The translations under genes and the position numbers were made by a program. The notes beneath the pieces are model-generated. The model was given only the letters and a program-made list of their open reading frames with translations. It was not told where the DNA came from and ran no database searches. Shown piece by piece: positions 16,977-25,047 of a stretch of 25,047 nt of DNA. This DNA is from a virus (Duplodnaviria > Caudoviricetes): positions 1 through 25,047 of IMG/VR virus record IMGVR_UViG_3300044676_000708. One strand, given 5' to 3'. The number at the start of each line of letters is the position of its first letter. The first letter of the stretch is position 1.

Positions 16977-17591
16977 TTAGCCCAGCAAGTATGCTGTAAT
17001 GGTTGCAGGAGCAGTAACAACTGCTGTGAGAAGGTTGTCTGTATGCTGGATGATACGTACATTCATTTTAAGGAATGCGTTCTCAGCAGCTACATCAACA
17101 TCGTTGCCCGGCTCTGCTACTGCGTCAATTGGCGCACACATAGCAATACCTGTACCGCGAGTGGCGGCAGCAACACCATGACCAGAAATACCTGTGAAGG
17201 TAGAACCTGAACCAAGAGTTACGGCAAAAGTTTGTGAACCGTAAAGGTCACCTGCGGTTACAGACGCATCGGCCTGAACCTCAAATACCTGCCGTGAATC
17301 ATCCAGTACCTGTGCATATGCATCGGTTGCTGAAGTTCCTGAAGGCCAGTACTTGTTGAATTTTTGTTCGCCATCAACTACGTAACGACAACCCATGAAT
17401 ACGCCTTGGGCTACTTCTGTAGTGGTGGTAATAACTTCCAAACTTCCTGCATTAATACGGACAAGGTCGCCAGTAAAAATGTTTGCAGCGTAACCTGAAG
17501 CAATCGGATACTCATTAGTAGCCTGATTGTTAGGTGTACCACCGCGCTTGCGGGAGGGACGGAAGCCAAACAATGCTTTAGATGAAGTCAT
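16977..17591 (-). CDS. Capsid decoration/cement-like protein
   Basis: 204 aa, RBS AGGAG, immediately upstream of MCP; FGFRP, IFTGDLV, GVFMGC motifs; function inferred. Confidence 0.6.
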   Translation of the reverse strand: MTSSKALFGFRPSRKRGGTPNNQATNEYPIASGYAANIFTGDLVRINAGSLEVITTTTEVAQGVFMGCRYVVDGEQKFNKYWPSGTSATDAYAQVLDDSRQVFEVQADASVTAGDLYGSQTFAVTLGSGSTFTGISGHGVAAATRGTGIAMCAPIDAVAEPGNDVDVAAENAFLKMNVRIIQHTDNLLTAVVTAPATITAYLLG

Positions 17592-17648
17592 TTGTTTTTC
17601 TCCTGTTTAAAAAAAATTGCACTTACCAAGTTCCGTCCCCTGTATCAT

Positions 17649-18143
17649 TTAATCTTGAAAACGAGGGGTTCTTCCCTTAGTAACACTTGATTTACTACTA
17701 TTCTTAATTGGCATACGAGAATCATTTGAACCCATAAGCTGTTGATTAACTGCGTCAACCATCTCATGGCTTTTGTTCTCATAGTACCGTGAACGGCTGT
17801 CTACTTTTGCCTGTGGCATTTTCGCTAGGGCCAAGTCTCCACGACAGACTGCTCCCTCATACCGTCCATTATCCTTCACGAAGGATGTGTGCTGCATCTC
17901 AGGAACCTCAGATACGTCTACAAACTGCCAGCCTTCTTGTACTTTCTTGCCAACATTTTTGTAATCGTCTTGCCCACGTAAGTTAATACGCACCCAACGA
18001 AGAGCCATCCCTTCATTTGCAAAACGAATCTGAACATCTTCTGGAATATCAAGCATATTAGGCTCACGATATTCTTCATACTGTTCCCTTGTATTGAGTT
18101 CACGAGACTCTGCACTACGTGATTGTGTGATATTACGTGCCAT
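17649..18143 (-). CDS. Conserved hypothetical head-module protein
   Basis: Start revised to MARNIT (18143) with RBS GGAGG, 164 aa; LRWVR...EGWQFV...GDLALAKMP. Confidence 0.78.
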   Translation of the reverse strand: MARNITQSRSAESRELNTREQYEEYREPNMLDIPEDVQIRFANEGMALRWVRINLRGQDDYKNVGKKVQEGWQFVDVSEVPEMQHTSFVKDNGRYEGAVCRGDLALAKMPQAKVDSRSRYYENKSHEMVDAVNQQLMGSNDSRMPIKNSSKSSVTKGRTPRFQD

Positions 18144-18162
18144 TTTATTTTCCTCCACGCTG

Positions 18163-19128
18163 TTATTTATTACCAAAAACTGAAGTGTATTCGCCATCGG
18201 CCTTGTCAACCTTTAGCTTTTCAGCGGCGTATTGTTCCAGTGATATACCCCATTTGTCTGCTAGTCGTAAGTCTTCCTTAGTAAGTCTGACTTTACGTCC
18301 ACTACCAGACGCAGAGGCTGATGAAGTGCGTGATGCTCCACCGACCACTTGGGCAGGAGGTGACGCTTCCTGCTGGCGATTAGGTGTTCCTCCAAACCGT
18401 TCTGGAAATTTGGAACGTAGTCTTGCATCTATCTCTTGATAGAAATCTTCATCGGCTGGGTCATAACCTTCTGCTTTTAACTCTGCATCTGTTTCCAAAG
18501 CCAGAGTAGTCATTACATTGTCTTGACCAAACCAAGGGTTCTTACCTGCCCATTCAACTGCAAGCTTATCATACTGAGGTGCCTGCTGTTGTACAGGCTG
18601 TGAAGTCTGCTGTACTTGTTGTTCCGCTGCAGGACGATACTGCTGCTTAGTAACTTTAAGAGTAGTTGCATCTGTTTGTGCATTACTCAAGTATTCCTGC
18701 GCCTGAACAATACGGTCAGTATCTCCTGATTCAAGGGCTTGCTTATAAGCATCCTTTGCCATTGCGATACGACTTTGAATTTGCTGTTCAGCAGCTTCAA
18801 AATTCTTTTCAACAGAAGTAGTAATTTCTTGTTGCTGGTTTTTCAACCGTTCTTCAAGTTCTTGCTGTCTAGCCATAAGGCTTTGGATTTGTTCTTCTCG
18901 CTCTTTCTTTTGACGAACAAGTTGACGAATCCGTTTTTGTGCGCCAGACTGAGGCTCTTCTGAAGCAGCTTCTTCTTTAGGTGCTTCATCTACCTGCTTG
19001 GCTTCTACTTCTGGTTGTTCTTCTTGAGGTTGTTCTTCTTCACCCTCAATCTCAATTTCAATCTTGTCTTCTACTTCTTCACTTGTATTAGGTGTAATCG
19101 TATTCCATTCTTCGTTGTCCGCAGACAT
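18163..19128 (-). CDS. Scaffolding protein-like
   Basis: 321 aa; acidic N-terminus, long coiled coil, short C-terminal helix-turn-helix (LTKEDLRLADKWGISLEQYAAEK); located between portal and MCP. Confidence 0.75.
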   Translation of the reverse strand: MSADNEEWNTITPNTSEEVEDKIEIEIEGEEEQPQEEQPEVEAKQVDEAPKEEAASEEPQSGAQKRIRQLVRQKKEREEQIQSLMARQQELEERLKNQQQEITTSVEKNFEAAEQQIQSRIAMAKDAYKQALESGDTDRIVQAQEYLSNAQTDATTLKVTKQQYRPAAEQQVQQTSQPVQQQAPQYDKLAVEWAGKNPWFGQDNVMTTLALETDAELKAEGYDPADEDFYQEIDARLRSKFPERFGGTPNRQQEASPPAQVVGGASRTSSASASGSGRKVRLTKEDLRLADKWGISLEQYAAEKLKVDKADGEYTSVFGNK

Positions 19129-19204
19129 ATGTTTCTCCTTTTAACGTCAATTGCGATATGACGAGTAACGCAGTTGATTGTAAACCAATCACCGATTAAT
19201 TAAT

Positions 19205-19233
19205 ATAATACATTATGTATTATACTTATACAA
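19205..19233 (-). promoter_or_regulatory. Sigma70-type promoter TTGTAT-N17-TATTAT overlapped by a 21-bp palindrome
   Basis: -35 at 19233-19228, -10 at 19210-19205; TATAATACAT-T-ATGTATTATA at 19204-19224. Confidence 0.68.
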
Positions 19234-19250
19234 TAGCTTGAACTTAAATT

Positions 19251-19661
19251 TTAATTAGAAAGATTAAAAGTAGGGTCAAGTTCTTTAGGGTCTTCCACTA
19301 CCATAGAAATTTGGTCATCTAAAAGTAGAATAAGACGTACACCTTTATAAAAGAACTTTTGTCCAGAATGTTTACCATAACAGACATAGTCACCTTCTTT
19401 ACACCATGCACCGTTTGGAAAACGGTCAGGGTCATTGTATGCGTCTTTACCTACTGTAAGTACCTTACCTACTGTAGTTAGATATGCAATATCATTCTTA
19501 GTTGAATCTGGTAGAATGATACCACCTTTTGTTTCTGCCTTAACGGAGACAGGCCGTACAAGAATGTGATAGCCCGGAATTACTGGTAGTACTTCAGGGT
19601 CCGCAACCTCTTCGTGAGAAGTCCACGTATCATTCATAATTGCTGTACTCAATGCTTGCAT
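19251..19661 (-). CDS. groES: Co-chaperonin GroES (Cpn10) family protein
   Basis: 136 aa; ILVRP...ETKGGIILPDS mobile loop, GKVLTVG, KEGDYV.YGKHSG, LLDDQI. Confidence 0.9.
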   Translation of the reverse strand: MQALSTAIMNDTWTSHEEVADPEVLPVIPGYHILVRPVSVKAETKGGIILPDSTKNDIAYLTTVGKVLTVGKDAYNDPDRFPNGAWCKEGDYVCYGKHSGQKFFYKGVRLILLLDDQISMVVEDPKELDPTFNLSN

Positions 19662-19853
19662 TTAGTCTTCATCCTCTTCGTAGATTACTTTATTAACTAA
19701 GTTCTTAATTTCTACCTTGGCCCATTCAAGTCCTGAAATACGACCAACAGTATTCATATAAGAATGATAGTCTGAAGCACCGCCGGATGCAAGCGAATTT
19801 TTTAGTACATCTATTTCTTTTTGCAGATTATGCTGGATTTCTTCCCAGAGCAT
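19662..19853 (-). CDS. Small helical hypothetical protein
   Basis: 63 aa; TAATG-coupled to portal, stop abuts groES start. Confidence 0.75.
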   Translation of the reverse strand: MLWEEIQHNLQKEIDVLKNSLASGGASDYHSYMNTVGRISGLEWAKVEIKNLVNKVIYEEDED

Positions 19854-22354
19854 TATCCAGCCTTCTGTGAACTAAGAAGAAGCTTAGTAATCATGTTGGC
19901 AACTTCTTTGTTCTCCATCATTTTATTACCTTCTTCTGCTTTTACCATATCGGACAATACCTTAACTGCTTCAACTGCAGCTTTAGCATTCCTGTCTTTT
20001 TCTTTTTCCTCTGCCTTGAGAGTATTCTCTGCACCTATCTTAAAGGCATCAAGAGCAATCTTCTGTTCTTTAAGGTCAAGGTCACGGTTTTTCAATGCAC
20101 CTTCTGTTGCTTCTTTAGCAAGCTGTGCCTGTACCTTTTCCTTTTCAATCTCAAGACGTTGTGCTTCCATCTGAACCATTGCCTGTTCAGGAGAAGGACC
20201 AGCTTGTGCTGCAGCTTGGTTAGCTTGCATTACTTGCTGTGCAGCCGCTACCATTACCTGTTCAATAACCTGTGGGTTCTGAGCATTAGGGTCACCTGTA
20301 GGAGCCTGAGACATCATCTGGCGTGTTACACCATTGATTTGTTCTTGGTACTTCATTACTACGTGTTCTTGGATATTAGCCTGTAGTACAGGAGCAACAC
20401 GTTGCATAATAGGATTACCACCATTGGCAGGGTCTTGTAGGAACATCTGCTTAATCTGGATGTGGGCATCATGGTTCTGTCCTGCAAAGGCTTTGATAGG
20501 CAACCCTTTAGTTGCTGCTTCAATGTCTGTTACAGGGTCAAGAGGATATGCCTGTGCCTTCTTAGGTAGTATCTTATCCAGATTAGGAATGTTAGCTGCA
20601 TTAAGAAGAGTACGGTTTAGTTCTTCCATATTAAACATTCCCGGAGGAGATGTCTGTGCCAACTGCATTGCCATCTGGGTCATCATCAGACGATGGGCAG
20701 AAGACGGAATGTTAGGGTCACTAACAGGAATAACATCTACACGCCCATCAAAGTCCTGACGCATAATGGTTTCACTAACACCCGGAACGTCATACGGATA
20801 TTCATTAGGTAGGCTTTCATAGTTAATACGTGCAAGGATTTTAAACTCATCACGCTGTGACTTGTGTAGCCGTTTATGAATAGCAGAGAAGAACTTACTA
20901 GAAGCTTCAAGCAATGCCATAGTTGTACCTACTGGTCCATAGTTAGAACCTTCGGTAATTACCTGTTCTGTTGTATCAGCAAACTTCTGACCCGCTGCTG
21001 CAGTAAACTGCATCATCTGGAATAGAGTACCTGATGGTTCTTTGTATGGTAGTGGGATAATAGAACGAGACAAGTCCATGCCTGTGGCTTCTACTTCTTT
21101 AAACTCTCCCGGTGCAATAGGGTCATTGTCTCCTACTACACGTACACCTTTAGCTTTAAATCCACCGGGAAGGTTAGCAAACTGACCTGCGTCAATAAGG
21201 CTACGCATAGCTGCAGTGGCAGACATAGTAAGATTACCAAGGAAGTGAATAAGTCCAAGGCCATAGAACCCAAAGCCTGGAACAAAACGGTAATGGGTAA
21301 AGAACATTTTCTTTTCTTTAGCCTTATCGTCTTCATTCCAGTTACGGCGAATAGATATTACTTTCTGTGATTGTGTTTCTACTGTTACAATATAAGGACA
21401 AGCAGTATCATACTCTTCTTCTAGTTCCAAGTAACAGTGCTGTTCAAGTAGTTCGTACTGTGGGTCAAGGTCAGAAGAAGGAGACAAACCAAGAACTGTG
21501 TCCATCTTTTCTGTAAGAGATGATTGTTCTGGGTGGTAAGCCTCTGGTAGTTCCATATCTGAATACATACCTGCACTAATTGCTTTAGCCATATCCACAG
21601 GACTACGATATAGTACGTGGGTAAAACGGTCAGCAGTACGTAAGCTTGTAGCATAGTAAGACACATAGAACTGGTCAATAGGTACAAACTCACTTACTGC
21701 ACGTTTTAATGTGGCATCATAGTAAAGCTTTTTAAAAGCGGAACCAATCAACGGCAAATGAAACAGCATACGTTCAAACTCATCAAAGTATTCTGGCATC
21801 TGCTCAGTCAACTGATAGTTCATAAAGTTTTGTACACGGTTCGCTTGCCGTTGACGGTCCTCTGTTGCATCACCAAGGACTTGGGTTTTCACCGGACCGC
21901 TGGAAGGAAATAGTTCTTGGGATGCGCGAGATTGAAACTTGACTGCTGATTCAATCAAGAGTGGGTGTACAGCGGTTGCTGCACCTTCAAATGGTTCTGT
22001 GGTTTCTTCTAGTTTAAGTCCAAGCAAATCAAACCCACGTTCAAACATGGATTCCCATTCGGCACGTGATGCCTTGTCTGCTTCAAACTTATCAATAACT
22101 TCTTGACCAATACCAAGTAGTTGGTCTTCGTCCATAAGGTCAGCAAGGTTCTCATAGAAAGAACCTTCTTCACCATATTCCATTACTTCTACTTCGACAC
22201 CGTCAAATAGACCATCGTCCATAGAAAACTCTACTTCTATTTCCCCTGTGTCAGGGTCAACTTCGTAGCTTACGTTTTCACTTTCAGGTGTGTTGAATTG
22301 GATAATGTTATCTTCTTCCGGGATAACATCATTAGGATTTTTTTCAATAGCCAT
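19853..22354 (-). CDS. Portal protein (large, podovirus type)
   Basis: 833 aa directly after terminase; HPLLIESAVKFQ, GSAFKKLYYD, GFYGLGL motifs; Gln/Ala-rich and coiled-coil C-terminus like a portal barrel. Confidence 0.88.
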   Translation of the reverse strand: MAIEKNPNDVIPEEDNIIQFNTPESENVSYEVDPDTGEIEVEFSMDDGLFDGVEVEVMEYGEEGSFYENLADLMDEDQLLGIGQEVIDKFEADKASRAEWESMFERGFDLLGLKLEETTEPFEGAATAVHPLLIESAVKFQSRASQELFPSSGPVKTQVLGDATEDRQRQANRVQNFMNYQLTEQMPEYFDEFERMLFHLPLIGSAFKKLYYDATLKRAVSEFVPIDQFYVSYYATSLRTADRFTHVLYRSPVDMAKAISAGMYSDMELPEAYHPEQSSLTEKMDTVLGLSPSSDLDPQYELLEQHCYLELEEEYDTACPYIVTVETQSQKVISIRRNWNEDDKAKEKKMFFTHYRFVPGFGFYGLGLIHFLGNLTMSATAAMRSLIDAGQFANLPGGFKAKGVRVVGDNDPIAPGEFKEVEATGMDLSRSIIPLPYKEPSGTLFQMMQFTAAAGQKFADTTEQVITEGSNYGPVGTTMALLEASSKFFSAIHKRLHKSQRDEFKILARINYESLPNEYPYDVPGVSETIMRQDFDGRVDVIPVSDPNIPSSAHRLMMTQMAMQLAQTSPPGMFNMEELNRTLLNAANIPNLDKILPKKAQAYPLDPVTDIEAATKGLPIKAFAGQNHDAHIQIKQMFLQDPANGGNPIMQRVAPVLQANIQEHVVMKYQEQINGVTRQMMSQAPTGDPNAQNPQVIEQVMVAAAQQVMQANQAAAQAGPSPEQAMVQMEAQRLEIEKEKVQAQLAKEATEGALKNRDLDLKEQKIALDAFKIGAENTLKAEEKEKDRNAKAAVEAVKVLSDMVKAEEGNKMMENKEVANMITKLLLSSQKAG

Positions 22355-22397
22355 TTATTTGTAACTTTCCAGCAGTTAATTGATATTTAATTTTTAT

Positions 22398-22426
22398 ATT
22401 ATATATTTAAGTTCTCCAATATGCAA
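22398..22426 (-). promoter_or_regulatory. Sigma70-type promoter TTGCAT-N17-TATAAT upstream of portal
   Basis: -35 at 22426-22421 (inside terminase 3' end), -10 at 22403-22398. Confidence 0.7.
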
Positions 22427-23960
22427 CCCTTCTTTTACTCTTATATGGTACATCGTCTTCCCAATTAGGGTCTTCTGGGTGAATAAGGTTCCAACTATCT
22501 TTCATATAATGAATAGCCATGGTCATGCAGTCCACTTGGTCATCGTGTGAGCCATTAGGGAAAGCCATACATTCTGAATACAAATCATCTGCCCATATCT
22601 TATCTGCAGGAAGCCACACACGCTTTGCTTCCATCATAGGGGTAGAAGAGTAGACACGAGATATCTTGTCCCTATCTGGTAAGTAGTCTAACACTGGTAG
22701 TCCTGCCTTACGCATATCCTGTATCAAAGACTGACCAGAAGCCTTCTTCTCAATAATACATACGTCTGGTCTGTAGTCAGCAAAGAGTTCCTGTGCCTTA
22801 CGTCTTAGTTCAGGGTATTCAAATCTACCTCTTGTATTACCTAATAGTATAAGGTTGGAGACATACCTCTCAACCCCATAGTCATCTTCTTCTACAGAAT
22901 TAAAGATACCCCACGTTTGTACTACACTATAGTCAGCAGTACGTGCAGTACTAAAAGCAGTATCATATGTTTGTATTATAAACTCACAGGCAGGAGGTTC
23001 TTCATAGTCCCACCATTGGAACCACTTCTTCTTAATAATACCACCGTCATCTGGTGAAGGGTCTTGCATATACAAAGCATTCCAGTACCTACTACCATTA
23101 GACCCTCTGATTTCCTGCTCATCAATCTTTAGTAGTTCATCTGGTTTCCACTCAGGAAAGTAAGATGTACCTTCTTCCATACCTAGTAGTTCCGCTGCTT
23201 CTGCATTCAACCAAGCAGGAATACTAATTACTTCCCAAGGATAAGCCGTAGTTTCTGTATTGGCTTCTTGCTTTAATAACCAACCACATAAATCATCGTA
23301 GTGGTATCTTGTATTAATAATAATAATTGCACCATTAGGCATAATACGAGTTCTAAGACCTGCAGGCCACCACTCCTTAATATACCTTCTACCTGCTTCT
23401 GAGATGGCATCTTCTTCAGACATAACGTCATCTAGTAGTGCTACGTGTGCGCCACGACCCGCCACTTGGCTTCGTACACCTGCAGCATAATAAGAACCAT
23501 TCTTATTTGTCTTCCACTTACCTGCAGCCTTAACATCACTCCTCAAGCTGATATCTTTGAATATCCGCTGAAACCTAGCGGTTCCGACTACGTCACGAAC
23601 TGTACGTCCAAAGTCACTAGCAAGCTGCTCTGAGTGTGACAAAGACATAATCTCATGGTTACCATTATTACCTATGTACCAAGCAGGAAATAACTTACTA
23701 CAGATTACAGACTTAGAAGAACGAGGTGGTAAGAATACCATTAACCTCTTTACATCTCCATCTACTACCCCTTGTAACTTCTGACATAACAACTCAATAT
23801 GTCTACCCATCTGGAAGTCAGACACAAGAGTAGGTGCAAATATCTTTACAAAGGTAAGGAAGTCTGTCCTTGCTCTGATGTTGGCATAGTCTTCTAGCTT
23901 ACTCTTTAGTTCTATGTGATTAGAAACTTCTTTTATGTCTGCTGGTACGTTGTCTAACAT
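22407..23960 (-). CDS. terL: Terminase large subunit
   Basis: 517 aa; LMVFLPPRSSKS Walker A-like, ALLDD Walker B, NTRYH coupling motif, ALYMQDP, YDTA, IIEKKASG, FPNGSHDDQVD nuclease motifs. Confidence 0.95.
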   Translation of the reverse strand: MLDNVPADIKEVSNHIELKSKLEDYANIRARTDFLTFVKIFAPTLVSDFQMGRHIELLCQKLQGVVDGDVKRLMVFLPPRSSKSVICSKLFPAWYIGNNGNHEIMSLSHSEQLASDFGRTVRDVVGTARFQRIFKDISLRSDVKAAGKWKTNKNGSYYAAGVRSQVAGRGAHVALLDDVMSEEDAISEAGRRYIKEWWPAGLRTRIMPNGAIIIINTRYHYDDLCGWLLKQEANTETTAYPWEVISIPAWLNAEAAELLGMEEGTSYFPEWKPDELLKIDEQEIRGSNGSRYWNALYMQDPSPDDGGIIKKKWFQWWDYEEPPACEFIIQTYDTAFSTARTADYSVVQTWGIFNSVEEDDYGVERYVSNLILLGNTRGRFEYPELRRKAQELFADYRPDVCIIEKKASGQSLIQDMRKAGLPVLDYLPDRDKISRVYSSTPMMEAKRVWLPADKIWADDLYSECMAFPNGSHDDQVDCMTMAIHYMKDSWNLIHPEDPNWEDDVPYKSKRRVAYWRT

Positions 23961-24160
23961 TAAGTAGATTGTCCTTCTGGTTTATTACATTTAAAATCAA
24001 AGACAACTACAGGCGGTGTTTCTTTAGCCCCTGTAAAGTCTTTCATCATCTCTGATACTCTGGCCTTACATTCTACTTCTGTTTTGTAAGGACCCCTTGT
24101 ATCGTTTAATTCTACACATTCTCTATTCAATAGACAAACTAAAATTACTGCTTCAAACAT
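23960..24160 (-). CDS. Small 4-Cys protein with hydrophobic N-terminus
   Basis: Start revised to MFEAVILVC (24160) with RBS AGGAG, 66 aa; TAATG-coupled to terL. Confidence 0.75.
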   Translation of the reverse strand: MFEAVILVCLLNRECVELNDTRGPYKTEVECKARVSEMMKDFTGAKETPPVVVFDFKCNKPEGQST

Positions 24161-24179
24161 ATTATCACTCCTATGAAGG

Positions 24180-24912
24180 TGTGACATTTATGCAACACCT
24201 GTAACGAAATCGTTATTACTTTTTAGAAACCACATTATAGCATATTGCATAAGTATAAAAAATATGTTATTTTCTATCTAGTCCCACCGGGGTAAATATA
24301 TCCCCCCGACACACCTGCTTAGTGTTCCTAATAGACACCAGAGACAACAGGGATATTTAGTTGTTAGAGATAAATTATACTATATCCTAACTACTAATAA
24401 CATTACTACTAAATTTATATGAACTAATTAGCCCCCCGATTAAAGACCCTTGTTTTTTTGTAAGTATGTCTTAGGGGTATATTATATATATAAATGTCAA
24501 GGTGTTTTTTTGGTAGGGGTTCTTAATAAGACTATCCAAATCTCTACAGATTTGACAGTACTTTTTTCAAACCAACAATTAATTGTTGTATTTATGCAAC
24601 AGTCAATCTAAATCTTTATAGATTTAGTTCAACAAGTGTGACATTTATGCAACACTTATTAGTGTTGATACCCCATGTTGTGATATATATGCCACACCCC
24701 CCTGCATTGTATGCAATATGTACATAGACCTGTGACATTTATGCAACAGTGTGTGTATTATGTCACACATACAAACAACACAAAGTGTTGCAAATTTATC
24801 ACACTATCCAGAAATCCATACCCAATCCCTTGGTTTAAATATATATTATTATTCTCTTAGGAGAATAATATATATTTATATACAGCTTTTCAGTTGTTGC
24901 AAATATGTCACA
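24180..24912. repeat. Eight copies of an 18-bp TGT-N12-ACA box (consensus TGTGACATTTATGCAACA)
   Basis: Exact at 24180, 24637, 24731; variants at 24584, 24679; reverse-oriented variants at 24750, 24786, 24895. Confidence 0.9.
24234..24273. promoter_or_regulatory. Possible overlapping divergent promoters
   Basis: Minus strand: extended -10 TGcTATAAT (24242-24234) toward the terL operon; plus strand: TTGCAT (24245-24250)-N17-TATTTT with TG extension. Confidence 0.5.
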
Positions 24913-25043
24913 ATCTCATCAGTCATCACAAGTTTTGATTAGTCTTTGTGATGCACAATGAGTAGGGAATTGCGTAGCAATTTCGCTTGAAATCATCAGG
25001 GTTTAATATATATTATTATTCTCTTAGGAGAATAATATATATT
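24838..25043. repeat. Two identical 39-bp AT-rich hairpin repeats, 167 bp apart
   Basis: AATATATATTATTATTCTCTTAGGAGAATAATATATATT at 24838-24876 and 25005-25043. Confidence 0.92.
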
Positions 25044-25047
25044 AATA

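Noticed and set aside
17609-17635. Terminator before the decoration gene
   Set aside because: T8 tract present but the stem (ACTT-GGT-AAGT) is too weak
24481-24500. Minus-strand TTGACA...TATAAT promoter
   Set aside because: Spacer is only 8 nt
24751-24942. 63-aa plus-strand ORF
   Set aside because: GTG start without RBS; runs through boxes and a hairpin; implausible composition
24838-25043. CRISPR array
   Set aside because: Only two repeats, 128-bp gap, no cas genes; the 18-bp boxes are irregularly spaced and in both orientations
1-25047. tRNA, rRNA, integrase, endolysin, tape measure or prohead protease genes; a specific phage genus or host
   Set aside because: None recognisable by eye; taxonomy needs TerL/MCP phylogeny

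Overview
Structural and packaging arm of a tailed dsDNA phage with a podovirus-like layout (no tape measure or sheath gene seen). A marine bacterial host is an inference from gene style only. All credible genes are on the minus strand, read from ~24160 toward 1. In order: small Cys protein, large terminase, portal, small ORF, GroES co-chaperonin, scaffolding-like protein, conserved hypothetical, decoration-like protein, major capsid protein, small virion protein and head-tail adaptor. Next is a ~4.9 kb array of Lys/Arg-rich proteins sharing short Gly/Lys motifs, interrupted by three membrane-type ORFs. Then come a second adaptor-like protein, two tandem Cys-motif paralogs, and four fibre/spike genes with small partner genes. 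The last ~870 bp is non-coding, with eight copies of an 18-bp TGT-N12-ACA box and two identical 39-bp hairpins. The best candidate for an undescribed system is the basic-protein array with a shared C-terminal tag. Family names are from motif recall, not database searches.
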